This document shows, piece by piece, positions 1 to 12,900 of a stretch of 64,000 bases of DNA. The notes below the pieces were generated by a model. It was given only the letters and a program-made list of their open reading frames with translations, did not search any database and was not told the DNA's origin. Source of the stretch: Antechinus flavipes (lineage: Eukaryota); contig NC_067403.1 of assembly GCF_016432865.1 (NCBI RefSeq), positions 253,890,001 through 253,954,000 of the forward strand, written 5' to 3'. Position 1 is the first letter of the stretch. Each line of letters starts with the position of its first letter. Both the position numbers and the translations under genes were made by a program.

Positions 1-19
1 CGGGCCCCCCCCCACTCAC

Positions 20-1282
20 CTTGCCAGCGGGAAATTTCCGGAGGAATTCGGGGGTGCGGTTGGTCTGACCAAAGTGGAAGTGGGGAGGTGCGGACAGCAC
101 GCGGATCTGGGCCCCACTGTACTGTGCAGCAATGAGGGCCTTGAAGGCCCGCCAGTTTTCGGGGTACGTGTACAGGGTCTGCGGAGAGGCCAGAGTGAGC
201 AAAGGGAGGGGAGGCCGGCCAACAGGAGGCAGCCCCAGAGCCCCCACTCTCCTTCCTCAGCGGAGGGACCCCCTGGCTTTATCCGCCATGGCGTCGTGCA
301 GGAGCCCTCACCACTGTCAAAGGGCAGCCCCCGGGGCCACAGGGACAGACCCTCCCTCTCCAGGACTCCCAACCCATCCCCCACGTAGCCCAGTCGGCCG
401 CTGAGCCTATCTCCTCTGCTGGAAAATGGAGGCAACTGCCTGACCCAGGCCCAGGAGGCTCAGGGGCTCTTTGGTCCTGGCCCAGCCAGCCTCGGATCAG
501 CACAATGGGAGCAAGGGCTGCCCCAGGATCCGAGTGGGGCCCACAGCTCTGGGAAGGGCGGGCCTGCCCTTGTGGTCGTGGTCCCCACCAGCCCCCGCCC
601 CCCAGGGCCCTGCTGCCCACGAGGAAATCTGGGCCTTCCCAAGGTCTGGGAGGGAGAGGACGTAAGCGCCCCCAACTCCTCTCCCCATCGTCCCTGCCCC
701 AGTTCCAGCCACCCCTCCCCCTCCGCCATGAGTGTCCACCCGGCGAATCCGACTCTCCCCATGGCCCGGGAGGAGGGCGGGCACCTGAGCGCCCCCACCC
801 CTCTTGTCCCGGCTGCCCACAAGGCCCACAGAGGCCCATGAGGCACCAGCCCGGCCCAGCGCCCCGCGGCGTCTACCCTCCCCCTCACGCCCCGGCTTCT
901 GCCCTCTCCAGCCCCGGCGCGCCCCGCTGCCCTCCGACCCAGGCCGCCTGGGTCACGCAGTCCCCGGGGCCGGGTCTGCAAGAAGGGCCGGGAGTCGGAG
1001 GCCGGCCGGGGAGCGGCAGGAGGGGAGGCGGGCTGGCGCGGGGATCTCCAAGCCCCCCGGGGAGGCCCCGGTCCCCGGCTCCGGGGCGGCGGCGGCCCCG
1101 GCACGGCCTCAGTTTCCCTCCGAAGCCGCGGGCAGGGCCCACAAAAGCCGCTCCGACGCGGGCCGGGCCCCCCCACGCTACGGGCCCCCCCAAGAGACGG
1201 GCGGCGGCGGGGGGAACAGAGGATGGCGGCGGATGCGCCCACCCCCTGGGCCCGAGGCCGCCGAACTCACCCCGGCCGCCAT
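20..1282 (-). CDS. EEF1G: Elongation factor 1-gamma, 5' part (exons 1-2; gene continues off the left edge)
   Basis: Exon 1 CDS 1271-1282 (MAAG, then GTGAGT). Exon 2 20-178 encodes [53 protein letters not shown], with AG/GT boundaries. Matches the recalled EEF1G N-terminal GST-like domain. Confidence 0.97.
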
Positions 1283-1306
1283 GGTGATTCCGCAGAGAAA
1301 GGGGGT
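1283..1306 (-). promoter_or_regulatory. EEF1G 5'TOP/TCT-type start (CCCCCTTTCTCTGCGGAATCACC-ATG) in a CpG island
   Basis: Pyrimidine tract immediately upstream of a short 5'UTR on the minus strand; EEF1G is a known TOP mRNA. Confidence 0.75.
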
Positions 1307-1351
1307 GGGGACGTCGGCGCTGCCGCAAAGCGAGACCGGCCGGGGGGCGGG

Positions 1352-1536
1352 NNNNNNNNNNNNNNNNNNNNNNNNNNNNNNNNNNNNNNNNNNNNNNNNN
1401 NNNNNNNNNNNNNNNNNNNNNNNNNNNNNNNNNNNNNNNNNNNNNNNNNNNNNNNNNNNNNNNNNNNNNNNNNNNNNNNNNNNNNNNNNNNNNNNNNNNN
1501 NNNNNNNNNNNNNNNNNNNNNNNNNNNNNNNNNNNN
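1352..1536. other. Assembly gap (185 N) in the EEF1G core promoter
   Basis: Run of N in the sequence. Confidence 0.99.
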
Positions 1537-2319
1537 GGAGTGGCCGGAAAGCGAGGAAGAAGTAGAACGAAGTCGCGCGACAGGAGGGCGAGCCCTCCCC
1601 GCACCCGCCGAAGTCGTGAAGCAGCGCGCGGCTGCGCACAGGGCGTCGCCGAGGGCCCGCCGCGAGGACAGTCGGTTGGCTTCGGGTCACCTCGGAGTCT
1701 CCTCCTCCGGCCCCGCCCCGCCCCGAGGAAAGGAAGCTTCGGCCTAAGAGCTGCCCGGGCGCGCTCCCGTCCGTCTCGCAGCGCGTCCCCGCGAGAGCGC
1801 TCCCTCTTAGAGAGGGTGAAGCCCTCGCTTCATGTCGCAGCCGGGGAAGCTGAGGCTGGACTAGAGCAGGAACCGGCCACGTGGCAAGTGGAGATCGACT
1901 CAGAATCCTGGCCTCCTGTTCTCCGCTCGCCGCTACACACACATTTTACAGAAGGGGAAACTGAGGCGCAGCGCGGGGATCTGGCATTAGATGCTCGCTA
2001 GGGGGCGCCAGAGGGTGCCCATAGCCGATCCCGAGTCAAAAAGACGCGAGTTCAAAAGCGGACTCAGTACATTTTAAATATTTTTTATTTACTTCATTAA
2101 ATATTTCCCAATCACAAATAAAATGATTTTAATCTAAGTTTTTAAACGTTTAGATCCCAATCCTTTGGCTCCTCCCCTACTGTTTGAGAAGGCAATCAAT
2201 CCACCAGTTACATTGATGAAGTCGTACAAAACCTTTCCATGTTACCGCTGTTGCAAAACAAAACACGGGGTGGGGAGAAAAATCTTAGAAAGTTTTAAAA
2301 TCAGCTCCAGGAAAAGTAC

Positions 2320-4270
2320 AGAGCGGGAGAAAACATTTCCCAGCCAGTGTTTCTGCCAAAAGGCCTAATTTCTGAAACGTGTGAAGAACTGATTCGAATT
2401 TATAAGAATACAGGCCATTCCCCAACTGATGGTCAAAGGACACGAGCAGGTGAAGAATGAAAAGCCATCTGTGATACATGCTCTAAATCACTCTTGATCA
2501 GAGAAAAGCAAATTAAACAACTCTGGGACACCACTTCCCACCTCTCAGATGGGCTAAAAGGACAAGGAAAGATGTTGGAGGGGATGTGGGAAAACTGGGA
2601 CACTCATGCATTGTTTTTTTTTTTTTTTTAATTTTAATATTTTATTTTATTTTATTTAATAATAACTTTATATTGACAGAACCCATGCCAGGGTAATTTT
2701 TTACAACATTATTCCTTGCACTCGCTTCTGTTTCAATTTTTCCCCTCCCTCTCTCCACCCCCTCCCCCGGATGGCAAGCAGTCCTATATATGTTAGATAG
2801 GTTACAGTATATCCTAGATACAATATATGTGTGCGGAACCAAACAGTTTTCTTGTTGCACAGGGAGAATTGGATTCAGAAGGTAAAAATAACCCGGGAAG
2901 AAAAACAAAAATGCAAACTGTTTATATTCATTTCCCAGTGTTCTTTCTTTGGGTGTAGCTGCTTTTGTCCGTCATTTATCAATTGAAACTCAGGTCTCTT
3001 TGTCAAAGAAATCCCCTTCCATCAAAATATGTCCTCATACAATATCGTTGTCGAAGTGTATAATGATCTCCTGGTCCTGCTCGTTTCACTCAGCATCAGT
3101 TCATGTAAGTCTCTCCAGGCCTCTCTGAAATCATCCTGCTGGTCATTTCTTACAGAACAATAATATTCCATAACATTCATATACCACAATTTACCCAGCC
3201 ATTCTCCAATGAATGGGCATCCATTCATTTTCCAGCTTCTAGCCACTACAAAAAGTGCTGCCACAAACATTTTGGCACATACAGGTCCCTTTCCCTTCTT
3301 TAGTATCTCTTTGGGGTATAAGCCCAGTAGAAACACTGCTGGATCAAAGGGGATGCACATTTTGATAACTTTCTGGGCATAGTTCCAGATTGCTCTCCAG
3401 AATGGTTGGATTCGTTCACAACTCCACCAACAATGCATCAGTGTCCCAGTTTTCCCACATCCCCTCCAACATTCGTCATTATTTTTTCCTATCATCTTAG
3501 CCAATCTGACAGGTGTGCAATGGTATCTCAGAGTTGATCAATAGTGATTTGGAACACTCTTTCATATGAGCAGTAATAGTTTCAATTTCATCATCTGAAA
3601 ATTGTCTGTTCGTATCCTTTGACCATTTAACACTAATGCATTGTTAGTGGAGTTGAGAAATGAGCCAATCATTCCACAGAGCCATCTGCAACTATGCCCA
3701 AAGGGCTGCCAAATTGAGCCTACCCTTTGACCCAGCAGGGCCATTTCTGGGTCTATATCCCAAGGAATTCATAAAGGAGGGGGAAAGGACCCATATGGCC
3801 AAAAATGTTTGTTATGGCCCTTTTGGGGAAGAATTGAAAAATGAACAGATGCCCATCAATTAGGGAATGGCTGAATAAAATATGGTATATGAAAGTAATG
3901 AATGTTAATATTCTATTTAAAAAAAAAAAAAAGAATAAGCTGATTTTAGAAAGACCTGGAAAGATTTACACGAACTGATGCTGAGAGAAACGAGCAGAAC
4001 CAGCATACATGGTAACAGCAAGAATTATAGCAGACTTGGTTCTTCTGAGTGGTTCAGTGAGCCAAAGCAATCCCAATAAACTTTGGACAGAAAACACCAT
4101 CTGCATCCCCAGAGGAAACTATGGAGACTGAATGTAAACCAGTACATGCTCTATTCCCTTTTTTTTTTCCTCATGGTTTTTCTGTTTTGTTCTGATTTTT
4201 CTCTCCCAATGTGATTCATAAAGAAATGTGTCAAAAATAAAGTGAATGGACATGGTTAACTAAGAAAAAA
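2320..4270 (+). mobile_element. Older LINE-1 3' fragment (ORF2 end plus 3'UTR), split by a younger L1
   Basis: Decayed ORF2 C-terminal sequence at 2320-2615 resumes at 3630 (ORF 3660-3863 reads NYAQRAAKLSLPFDPA..GLYPKE) and ends in an A-rich tail near 4250. Confidence 0.8.
2616..3629 (-). mobile_element. Younger 5'-truncated LINE-1 (ORF2 C-terminus, 3'UTR, poly-A) with target-site duplication
   Basis: ORF 3022-3504 is typical L1 ORF2 C-terminus (CWRGCGKTGTLMHCWW, PFDPA, GEWLGKLWY). Poly-T at ~2614-2629. TSD ACACT(C/A)ATGCATTGTT at 2600-2615 and 3630-3645. Confidence 0.92.
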
Positions 4271-4588
4271 ACCTAAAATTTAAAAAAGTTCCAGTCTGTG
4301 ATCAGAATTTATCAGTTCTTTCTAGAGACGGAGGCATTCTCGTCAGCGATCCTTCTGAGTCGTCTTGGAACACTGTGTTGCCGAGAAGAGCTAAGTCAAT
4401 GGCGATCAATGCTCAGTGTTGCTCTTAATCTGTATTCTCCAGGTTCTGTTTGTTTCACTTTGCATCAGTTCAAACCCGGCTTTTCTGGATCCATCCCCTC
4501 AGTGTCTTATAGACAGCGACTTTCCAACACACTTACGTGTCACAACTGATGGAGGGGCATCCTCTCAGTTTCCAGTTCTCCCCCACCC

Positions 4589-5524
4589 TTATGGGCCAGA
4601 ACTTGAAACCTGGTGCTAAGTCAGTGGGATTGATAGAGACAATAATTATCTAATGTAGCCTGGCGCTTAACAGTTCTCCAGTTCAATACATGTACTTAGT
4701 ACTTACTAAGTACTACAAGATTCACACCTTTGATAAAAGACCATATAAGCTCAAATTCAGTCAGAATCAGAACTGGAAGACAGGCGGTTCTCCTGCCTCC
4801 CCCACAGAAACCAAGACACATTCAGGAGGACCCCGAGAAACCGGCAGAGGCAGAGAACACAAAGGACTGGTGGCAGGAGCTCAAACTCTGGGACCCAAGG
4901 AGAGAGAGAGGCCTCTAAGAAAGCTAACCAATGAATACAGAGAGGACTGGAGAGACTTACATGAACTGATGCTAAGTGAAATGAGCAGAACCAGATCATT
5001 ATATACCTCAATAACGATACCGAATGAGGATGGATTCTAATGGAAGTGGATTTCTTCAACAAAGAGATTTAACTCAGTTCCAACTGATCAAAGATGGACA
5101 GAAGCAGCTACACCCAGAGAAAGAACACTGGGAAATGAATGTAAACTGCTCACCCTCTGTGCAACAAGAAAACTGTTCGGTTCTGCACACATATATTGTA
5201 TCTAGGATATACTGTGACCTATTTAACATGTCAAGGACTGCTTGCCATCTGGGGGAAGGGGTGGAGGGAGGGAGGGGAAAAATCAGAACAGAAGCGAGTG
5301 CAAGGGATAATGCTGTAAAAAATTACCCTAGCATGGGTTCTGTCGATAAAAAGTTATTATAATAAAAAAAAAAAAAAAAAAAAAAAAGCTAACCAGGCCC
5401 AGGAAAGGAGACAAGACTTGGAAAGAGACAGTAAAGGATTTGGACTTTAATACCTGGCTGCATTTGGGGTGAATACTGAACCGAAATGAAGGCTGCCTCC
5501 AGAGACCCCAAGGAAACCCCAACA
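4589..5524 (+). mobile_element. Solo ERV-type LTR, interrupted by an L1 3' end
   Basis: Begins ttatgggccagaacttgaaac. Has a TATA-like catataag near 4742, an AGTAAA poly(A)-like signal near 5430, and ends ..ggaaaccccaaCA. Resembles marsupial LTRs as recalled; not database-checked. Confidence 0.6.
4931..5385 (+). mobile_element. Young L1 3' end with poly-A, inserted in the LTR
   Basis: YREDWRDLHELMLSEMSRTR ORF2 end, 3'UTR homologous to 2616-3100, poly-A at 5362-5387. TSD AAAGCTAACCA at 4920-4930 and 5385-5395. Confidence 0.9.
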
Positions 5525-6978
5525 AGAGAATATTACATTTTAGAGAAGAATATCACACGCCACCACAGAAAAGAGCTGCTATAAACATTTTTATCAAATA
5601 AATTCCATTCCCTTTTCTGTTTTCTCTGGGATACGGACCTACAGGTACCATGGTTAATTCCAAGGATATGCGTTTTTATAGAAATCATTCTCCAGAAAGG
5701 CTGGACCAGTTTACAACTCTAGCGACATAGTATTAAAGTCCCTTCTTTTCCACATCACCTCCAGCATGTCATTTTCCTTTTTTGTCACCTTTGTCAATCG
5801 GATAAGTGAGAGGTAGTATCTCAGAATTATTTTAATTTGCATTTTCCTAATTAGTGACTTGACTATAGAAAGCTTTTCTTTCTTTTAAAAATTGCCTGTT
5901 CTTATCTTTTGACCATTTATCAAGCAGGGGATGCCTCTTTTATGTATACACTTGGCAAAATTCCCTTCTCTGTTTGAGAAATTGAGGCTTTTAGCAGAGA
6001 AACTTGCTGTAAATTCTTTACCCCCCTCCCCCCCATCATCCAGTGGTTTTTTTCTTTTGACTTTTGGCTAATCTATTCATTTGGTCTGTGCAAAATCTCT
6101 TTGGTTTCATAGAATCAAAATGATCCATCTCAAGTCCCACGATCCTTTCTCTGGTTTAATCAAAGTCCTTCATCCATATATCTGACAAATCCATTTTTCC
6201 ATATTGCCGTCATTTATTTATATTACCCTTTATGTCTAAATCATTTATCGATTCTGATCTCGTCTTGGTTTACATCATGAGATATTGGCCTATGCCTAGT
6301 TTTTACCAATTCTTTTCCAGTTTTCCCAGCAGTTTTGTCGAATTTTGAGCTCGTCTCAAAAGGCCGGACCTTTAGATTTATCCAAGACCAGATTACTCTA
6401 GTCGTGTCCTATTCCCCCAATTCTCCCCCACTCTATTTCTCTCAGCCAGTAGCAGATTCTTTCATCACCATCTTGTAACATAACTGGAAATCTGGTGCGG
6501 CGAGGCCGACTTCATCTCGTCTCCCCGGATTTCCCCTTAATATTCTTGGCCTTTTGTTCTAAATTTTTTGAGCTCTACAAACTAATTCTGATAATACTGG
6601 TTGTTTTCCTGATATTTCTGCCTTCTGAATCCTACCTAGTCTCAGCCCATGATTTTTGTGATCTTTTGCTCTGTTTGTATTTTAAATGATTTGCCCTGAC
6701 GACTGAGAGTGGCTGTTAGCTTTATCTGTAGAGTCTTTTAAAGTGGATATAAAGGGTAGGATTATGGAGAAAACCTTGCAAGTAAGTGAAAGTAAAGATG
6801 CCATTTTCCCCCAAAGGTCACATCCCTCCATGAAACCCCCAACTACAAATTCCTGGCTCGGCCCCAAAGCTGATAGCTTACTCAGGTTTGGCATTTCTCA
6901 GCCTCGCCCCAGGGCAGCGCCCCAAAGAAGGATCGGACACGAAGTTCATACAAAAGCCCTTTATTGTCCCCTCGTCCT

Positions 6979-9900
6979 TCAGTCACCTTTCTCACACCCG
7001 AGGACGGCCCGGACAGTTCGAGGTAGAAAGCCATGTAAAAAATGATGGAGGTCAGGGAACAGACCGTGAGGATCCTGGAGCTGGGTGAGCGTGAGAAAGG
7101 GGCCGGAGGGGCTGGTGGCTGCGGCGAAGGTGAGGAGGGGCCGCGGCGGCTCTGGCTCTGGGCGCTGCTTCCTGCTTTCCTGTGCTATCAGCTCCTGGGT
7201 CACCAGAGCCTCTGCCTGCAGCCAGCTCATTTCCCCTTTGGCTTGCTGCTGCAACTGCCTCCGGACCCTGCGCCGCCCGAGCCATACCCGGTGCCAGAGC
7301 GTACAGAGCCAGGTCCGTGCCGCCCCTGACCCCGTCTCCTCCCCCTGGACTGCTCCTACCTCTTCAGTCCCCGGGTTTTCCAAGGGCTTTACTTCCCTTT
7401 CCACCAAAGGCTGTCCAAGCCTGTGCAGCTGCTCCCCTGATGACCCAGGCTGGCCCTTCTCTCCCCCAGCCTCCAGTGCCAGCTCCTTCTCCCTCCCAGC
7501 CTCCAGGGCCAGCTCCTTCTCCCCCCCAGCCTCCAATGCCAGCTCCTCCTCCCCCGCAGCCTCCAGGGCTGGCTCTTCCACCCTGGCCTCTCCTTGGCGC
7601 CCCTCAGGTGTCTGTCCTTTCTCCCTCTCCAATCGTGGCCTTTTCCTCGGCGTCCCCCGGAGATGTGCATCCCCATCGCCGTCTCCTGGGCTCTGCCTCT
7701 TGCTGTTCCGCTCGACCTGGCAGCCCAGGGTTTCCTCTAACACCTGGCTGATAGCAGCGCAGAGCTGGGGGAAGGGGGCCGGGGGAAGGGGGATGGGAGT
7801 AACAGACAGCAGAGAGCTGGCAGAGCTGGGCTGCAGGAGAGGAAGCAGACCCCAGTCCCGGCCCCGGGGAGAACGACGCTGGAACTGGAGGCTTCGGCAG
7901 TAATTAGCCGATTCCCGACAACAGTTCTGGAGGCGACCGGCTACCCGGCTCGTCACGTTGGCTGCCACATTGTGACTCAGGTCAAAAGGGTCCTGTAGGT
8001 TCAGAGGGCCGAGACGCAGGCCCCCCCAGAGACCGGGGGGCAGGCCGTCAGCTACGGGCAGCGGCAGACCTTCCCTCAGAGACAGCAGTGAGCCTCGGAG
8101 CTCCCAGCTGGAGACACAGTCAAAGAACTGGGCCAGAAGGGAGGCTGTGAGGAGGCCAGATGAAAGTCACATGAAGGTGGGCTGTCCACCAAGGCCTTCC
8201 CAGGGGACAAGCTGGAGAGATGGGCTGCCCAGCCCTCCCGGCCCCTGGGCTCCCACCCGGCCCAGCCCCAACCAATCTCTTGGACTATCTCTGGGCACTT
8301 ACGCAGGGACTCGGTGTTCGCGCTGGGCTCCAGGTGGGAGGCCTCCCCGGGGAAGCTGCAGTCCCAGCCATCCACCTCAACCCGTTCCTCCTCACCTGGG
8401 GACATGGGAGAGAAAGGGCAGCTCTAGCAAAGGTAGGAAAGAGGGAAAAGGGCCAGGAGGCAGATCTCCCCAGAGAAGTCACAATCACTAAAGACAGGAC
8501 GAAGGCCTGTCCGCTGGGCAGATGGTGATATGGGCAGGGTGCGGGCATCCGAACCTCTGGCCAGGGAGCTCATACCTGCCATATGGGTGAGCCTTGTGAG
8601 GGAAGGCAGCACAGGAGGGTCCCGGGTTTGAAGAAAGTAGATCACCAAGAGAGTCAACGCATAATTGTTCAGAAGGGGGCCGCTCCCTGGGCAGAAAACC
8701 AAGACTCAGCGGGAGCCACGGAGAGCCTCCGAGGGCCCTCCCAGTCACAGCCCAGCCTGAAGCCCGCGGCCTGCAGCTCTACCAGTCCCTGCCTCTAGCT
8801 TGCCACGGAGCGAGGAACCGCTCACTTCCACCACCTTCCTTACCCGTCAGCCCTCGGCCCTGAGCCCAGCAGCGCAGGGTATAGACCAGGGGCCGCACCC
8901 GCCTGTCCAGGGCACAGCAGAGATTCAGGAACCGCGAGTTGTACAGTGCCAGCCTGAGACAGAGAGACCATGGAGATTCAGCAGGGGAACCTGGGCCTCC
9001 GATCCACACGCTTCTAGGCCTCTGCTGGCTTACAGGCTTCCCAGCCCCCAGAAAACTGCCCCATCCCCATTTCCCTCCCTGGGGCCAAGGCACCTTTGTT
9101 TGCATCTGTGCCCCTGGGATCCGGGACCCTGCTTTCAATGCAGTCGATGCCAAATTGACCCCGCAATGGAGCGCGAAGGCTACAAGTGAGGCCCTGGGCA
9201 GCAAGATGGCACGGGACGGGTCCAGAAGACCCAGAGCAGTGACAGGAAGGGCAGAAGAGGCCGGGAAAATGAGGGCCCAGAGAGGGTCCACAAGCTCCTG
9301 CTCCCCGAGGGACACGCTCTCAGCGAGGCCCCCAACGCACCTGTTACTGAGGGAGATGTCACCGTGAAGACCAGAGGGCCGGTGGCAGAATTTGACCACG
9401 GGGCGTCGAGCCGAGGGCACGGTCCAGACGCTGTGCACGCCGGGGACGCAGCCTCGGAGGACGGAGCCCACGAGTTCCAGCATGGCCTCTCCCTCCCCCT
9501 CCTCCCTCTTCAGGGATCCTCCAAGTTCCCAGGTCTTCCCCAAGTCCCTTTCTCCCACCTCCTCCTGGACAGGTGACATGGGGGGCAAGGACTGGGGAGA
9601 GGCCAGCGCCTCAGAGGCCAGAGCCGAGTCAGGGGTTGGAGGGGCTAGGGAGGAGGCGGGAGTTTCAGAGTCCTGGGGAGAAGCTGGGGCCGGAGAGTCT
9701 ACAGGGGAAGCTGGGGAGGAGGCCAAGGCTTGAGGATCCAGTGGAGAAGCAAGGGCCGAGTCCAACGCCGGAGAGGCCGGGGCCTTCGGGTCCCGCTGTG
9801 GGGGAGAGTCAGGTTGGGCTGACCACCACCTCTCCCTCCACTCCCCCGAGCCCGCGTGCTACAGACCGAGCTACTCAGCAGCCCCGGCAAAGCAGGGACG

Positions 9901-12900
9901 TCGCCTCCCACCTCCAAAAGACAAGCTGCCTGCCTTAGAACCTACTTATCCTTTCTGTAAAGAGAGCACCGGGCCCAAACCCGAGAGAGCCGGGCTCCCA
10001 CCCCATGGCTGACACAACCCTTGGGCCGCTCAGCCTCTTCCCCACCCACGGTACCTGGCTCTCAGATGCCTCACCTGGGGCCCCTCCAAATCCCCCAGAT
10101 CCAGGAAGAGGTCAAGGTCACAGCCATGAACGTCAAAGCCGTTTGTCGAGGAGCCAAAGGGACGGACGACACAGCCTGGGTGGTGAGCAGAGCAGCGAGA
10201 TCAGGGGACGCTCAGAGAGACGCCGGCTGTACAACTGAAGGGGCAGGACAGGCGCTCACAATGGAGGCACTGGGGAGCGGCTCCAGAGGCGGGGCGGTCC
10301 GAGGGCTGGGCAAGCCTTACCGGGGAAGAACTCTGTGAAGACCTCCTGCATCAGCGTCACCACAAGGCCGCGCAGCTGCCGCTCGGCCTCGGAAAGCTCC
10401 CGGAGGCCCACCAGCCTCAGCATCTGGGCCTCCACGTCTGGAGCCTCTGCCAGCCCCTGCATCAGCTGCTGGTCATCCGGGGGCGCCCCCCTGGGGGCCT
10501 TGGGAGCTGGAGTCTGGAATTCCTTCTGCTGCCGAGGCCGGACACGTAGCCGATGGCCACCGAGAGCGTGCTGGGGCTGGGACAAGACGGCGTCCCGGGC
10601 CCCGGTGTCCCCCATTTCAACGATAGCAAACACACCCTGTCGGGCCACAGCAGAGAACGGTCTTCAGCACCTTTTCCAGGCCAGGCCCAGCCGCCTCAGG
10701 CTCACCCATCCTGCCCCCCAGAGTCTCTCTTTCCCTGGATCTTACTCCCTTCCCCATCCACCACTGTCCCTAAACTTGGAAGTCCTGAGGCTTTTGCCAG
10801 GTCACTTCCCTACCTTGTCCTTGTCCATGACGATGCTGGCCACGGGCCCAAAGGCCTGGAAGTATTCAGAGAGCTGGGCCGGATCCAGGCCGCGGGGAAA
10901 GCCGCTGACAAACACACTCCGGAGGCCCTGGGCCCGGCGGGTAGCTCGAAGCTCTTCAAGGCGGCGATGCTTCTTGCCTGCCAGGTGGGCATCCAGGCTG
11001 GGCCCTGCAAGGTACACTCATTAAACACAGGTTGCTTCCCATCATGCAAATGAGTTTCAATCTGCATAGGGGAGAGAGCCAAAGTGCTTCAAGGAACAAG
11101 TGAACATTCAAACATTTTAACTGGGGAAATCTCAAAGGGACCTAGAACTCCCCCACCCCACCTCAGTCCTTTTACAGTTGAGGAAACTGAGGACTGGAGA
11201 ACCTAGTGACTTGCAGAGGCTCACTTAGGGAGGAAGTGAGAGGGACACATCTGAAAGCAGGCTGTCTCCCTCCAAACAGAGTAGGCACAATTCTGGCAGT
11301 CCTGGCGGCGTGATGGAGGAAGGAGGGAGAGGAGAGACTAGGAGGGGTGAGGAGGAAGAGAAGGGACCCAAAATATTTGTGACTGGGCTGGGAGGCGAGA
11401 GCCTGGATGAGGAAAATGGCAGCTTTCCACCAACAGAAAGAGGGAGATTGGGAGATGAGGCCAGTTGGGCCAGGAGAATCATGGACTCTGCCCTGAACAT
11501 GCTGAGATTGAACAGGAGAGATCCAGGGAAAGGGTCCTGCAGGAAGTCAGACGAGGAAGGAAGGACTAGTGCTCAAGGGACAGAAGCACATCAGAATGGG
11601 AATCTGGAACAATCTGCAGAGAGGAAATGATGGAAGCAGAACGTCCCAAAGAGAGCATTTAGAGAGAAGGGGGACATAGCCTCAAGATGTCCCCGCTCAG
11701 GGGAAGGGGAGGAGCTGCAAGATTCACACCCAGCCCCAGCTCAGCAGAGCTAACCCAGCAGTGACTGCGAGTGGGGCCCAGCAAGAAAAGGAATCGCCAC
11801 CAAAATGTTCAAGAGCAGGTTCTAGGCAGACTGGAGTGTCTGTGGTAAACTGCACCCGGACAGGTTTTCAAGAAAGAACAATGAGAAAAGGCCATCGGGG
11901 ACCCCTGGGAGAGCAACTTTGTAAACTGGTGGCCTCAGAAAGAACATGAACAGACAAATTTCAGATGAAGAAATTAAAGCCATTTCTAGTCATGTGAAAA
12001 AATGTTCCAAATCACTGATTAGAGAAATACAAATTATCTTAATAATTAAATCTTAATTAAGATAATTCTGAAGTACCACCTCACACATCAGGTTGGTTAA
12101 GATGACAGGAAAACAGGTTATTTTTACCTTCTGAATCCAGTTCTCCCTGTGCAACAAGAGAAGTGTTCGGTTCTGCACACATATATTGGATCTAGAATGT
12201 ACTTTAGCATATTTAACATGTATAGGACGGCTTGCCATCTAGGGGAGGGGGTGAAGGGAGGGAACGGAAAAGTTGGAACAGAAGTGAGTGCAAGTCATAA
12301 TGTAAAAAAATTTACCCAGGCATGGGTTCTGTCAATAAAAAGTTACAAAAAAAAAAAAAAAGATGATAGGAAAAGATAATATTTAATGTTGGAGGGGATG
12401 TGCGAAAACTGGAACATTAATACATTGTTGGTGGAGTTGTGAAAAGATCCAGTCACTCTGGAGAGCCATTGGAACGATGGCCAAAGGATTACCCTTTGAT
12501 CCAGCAGTCTGTCTACTGGGTCTGTATCCCAAAGCGATCATAAAAAAGGGAAAAGACCCACATGTACAAAAAATGTTTGTGGCAGCCCTTTTTGTGGTGG
12601 CAAAGAGTAGATGGCCACCAATTGGGGAATGGCTGAATAAGCTGAGGTACACGAAGGTGATGGAATATTATTATTATTATTTTTTAAATAACTTTATATT
12701 GACAGAATCCATGCCAGGGTAATTTTTTACAGCATTATCCCTTGCACTCACTTCTGTTCTGATTTTTCCCCTCCCTCCCTCTCTCCACCCCCTCCCCAAG
12801 ATGGCAAGCAGTCCTATACATGTTAAATAGGTGACAGTATATCCTAGATACAATATATGTTTGCAGAACCGAACAGTTGTCTTGTTGCACAGGGAGAATT

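Larger units (their letters stand above)
4290..6700 (-). mobile_element. Decayed antisense LINE-1 fragments, interrupted by an LTR
   Basis: L1-like antisense sequence at 4290-4588 resumes after 5525 (..gccaccacagaaaagagctgctataaacattttt..) and continues AT-rich to ~6700. Confidence 0.65.

Noticed and set aside
460-1942. Long ORFs (150-260 aa) around the EEF1G promoter
   Set aside because: Low-complexity Pro/Gly/Arg shadows of a CpG island; several are only long because they span the N gap.
3022-3504. 160-aa ORF as a host gene
   Set aside because: It is the C-terminus of LINE-1 ORF2 in a 5'-truncated insertion.
4692-4713. 9-bp-arm inverted repeat GTACTTAGT-actt-ACTAAGTAC
   Set aside because: Short and inside the LTR; probably part of the element consensus with no independent significance.
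11225-11630. ORFs of 91 and 106 aa in TUT1 intron 1 as a nested gene
   Set aside because: The sequence looks like decayed L2/MIR; no splice structure or recognisable domain.
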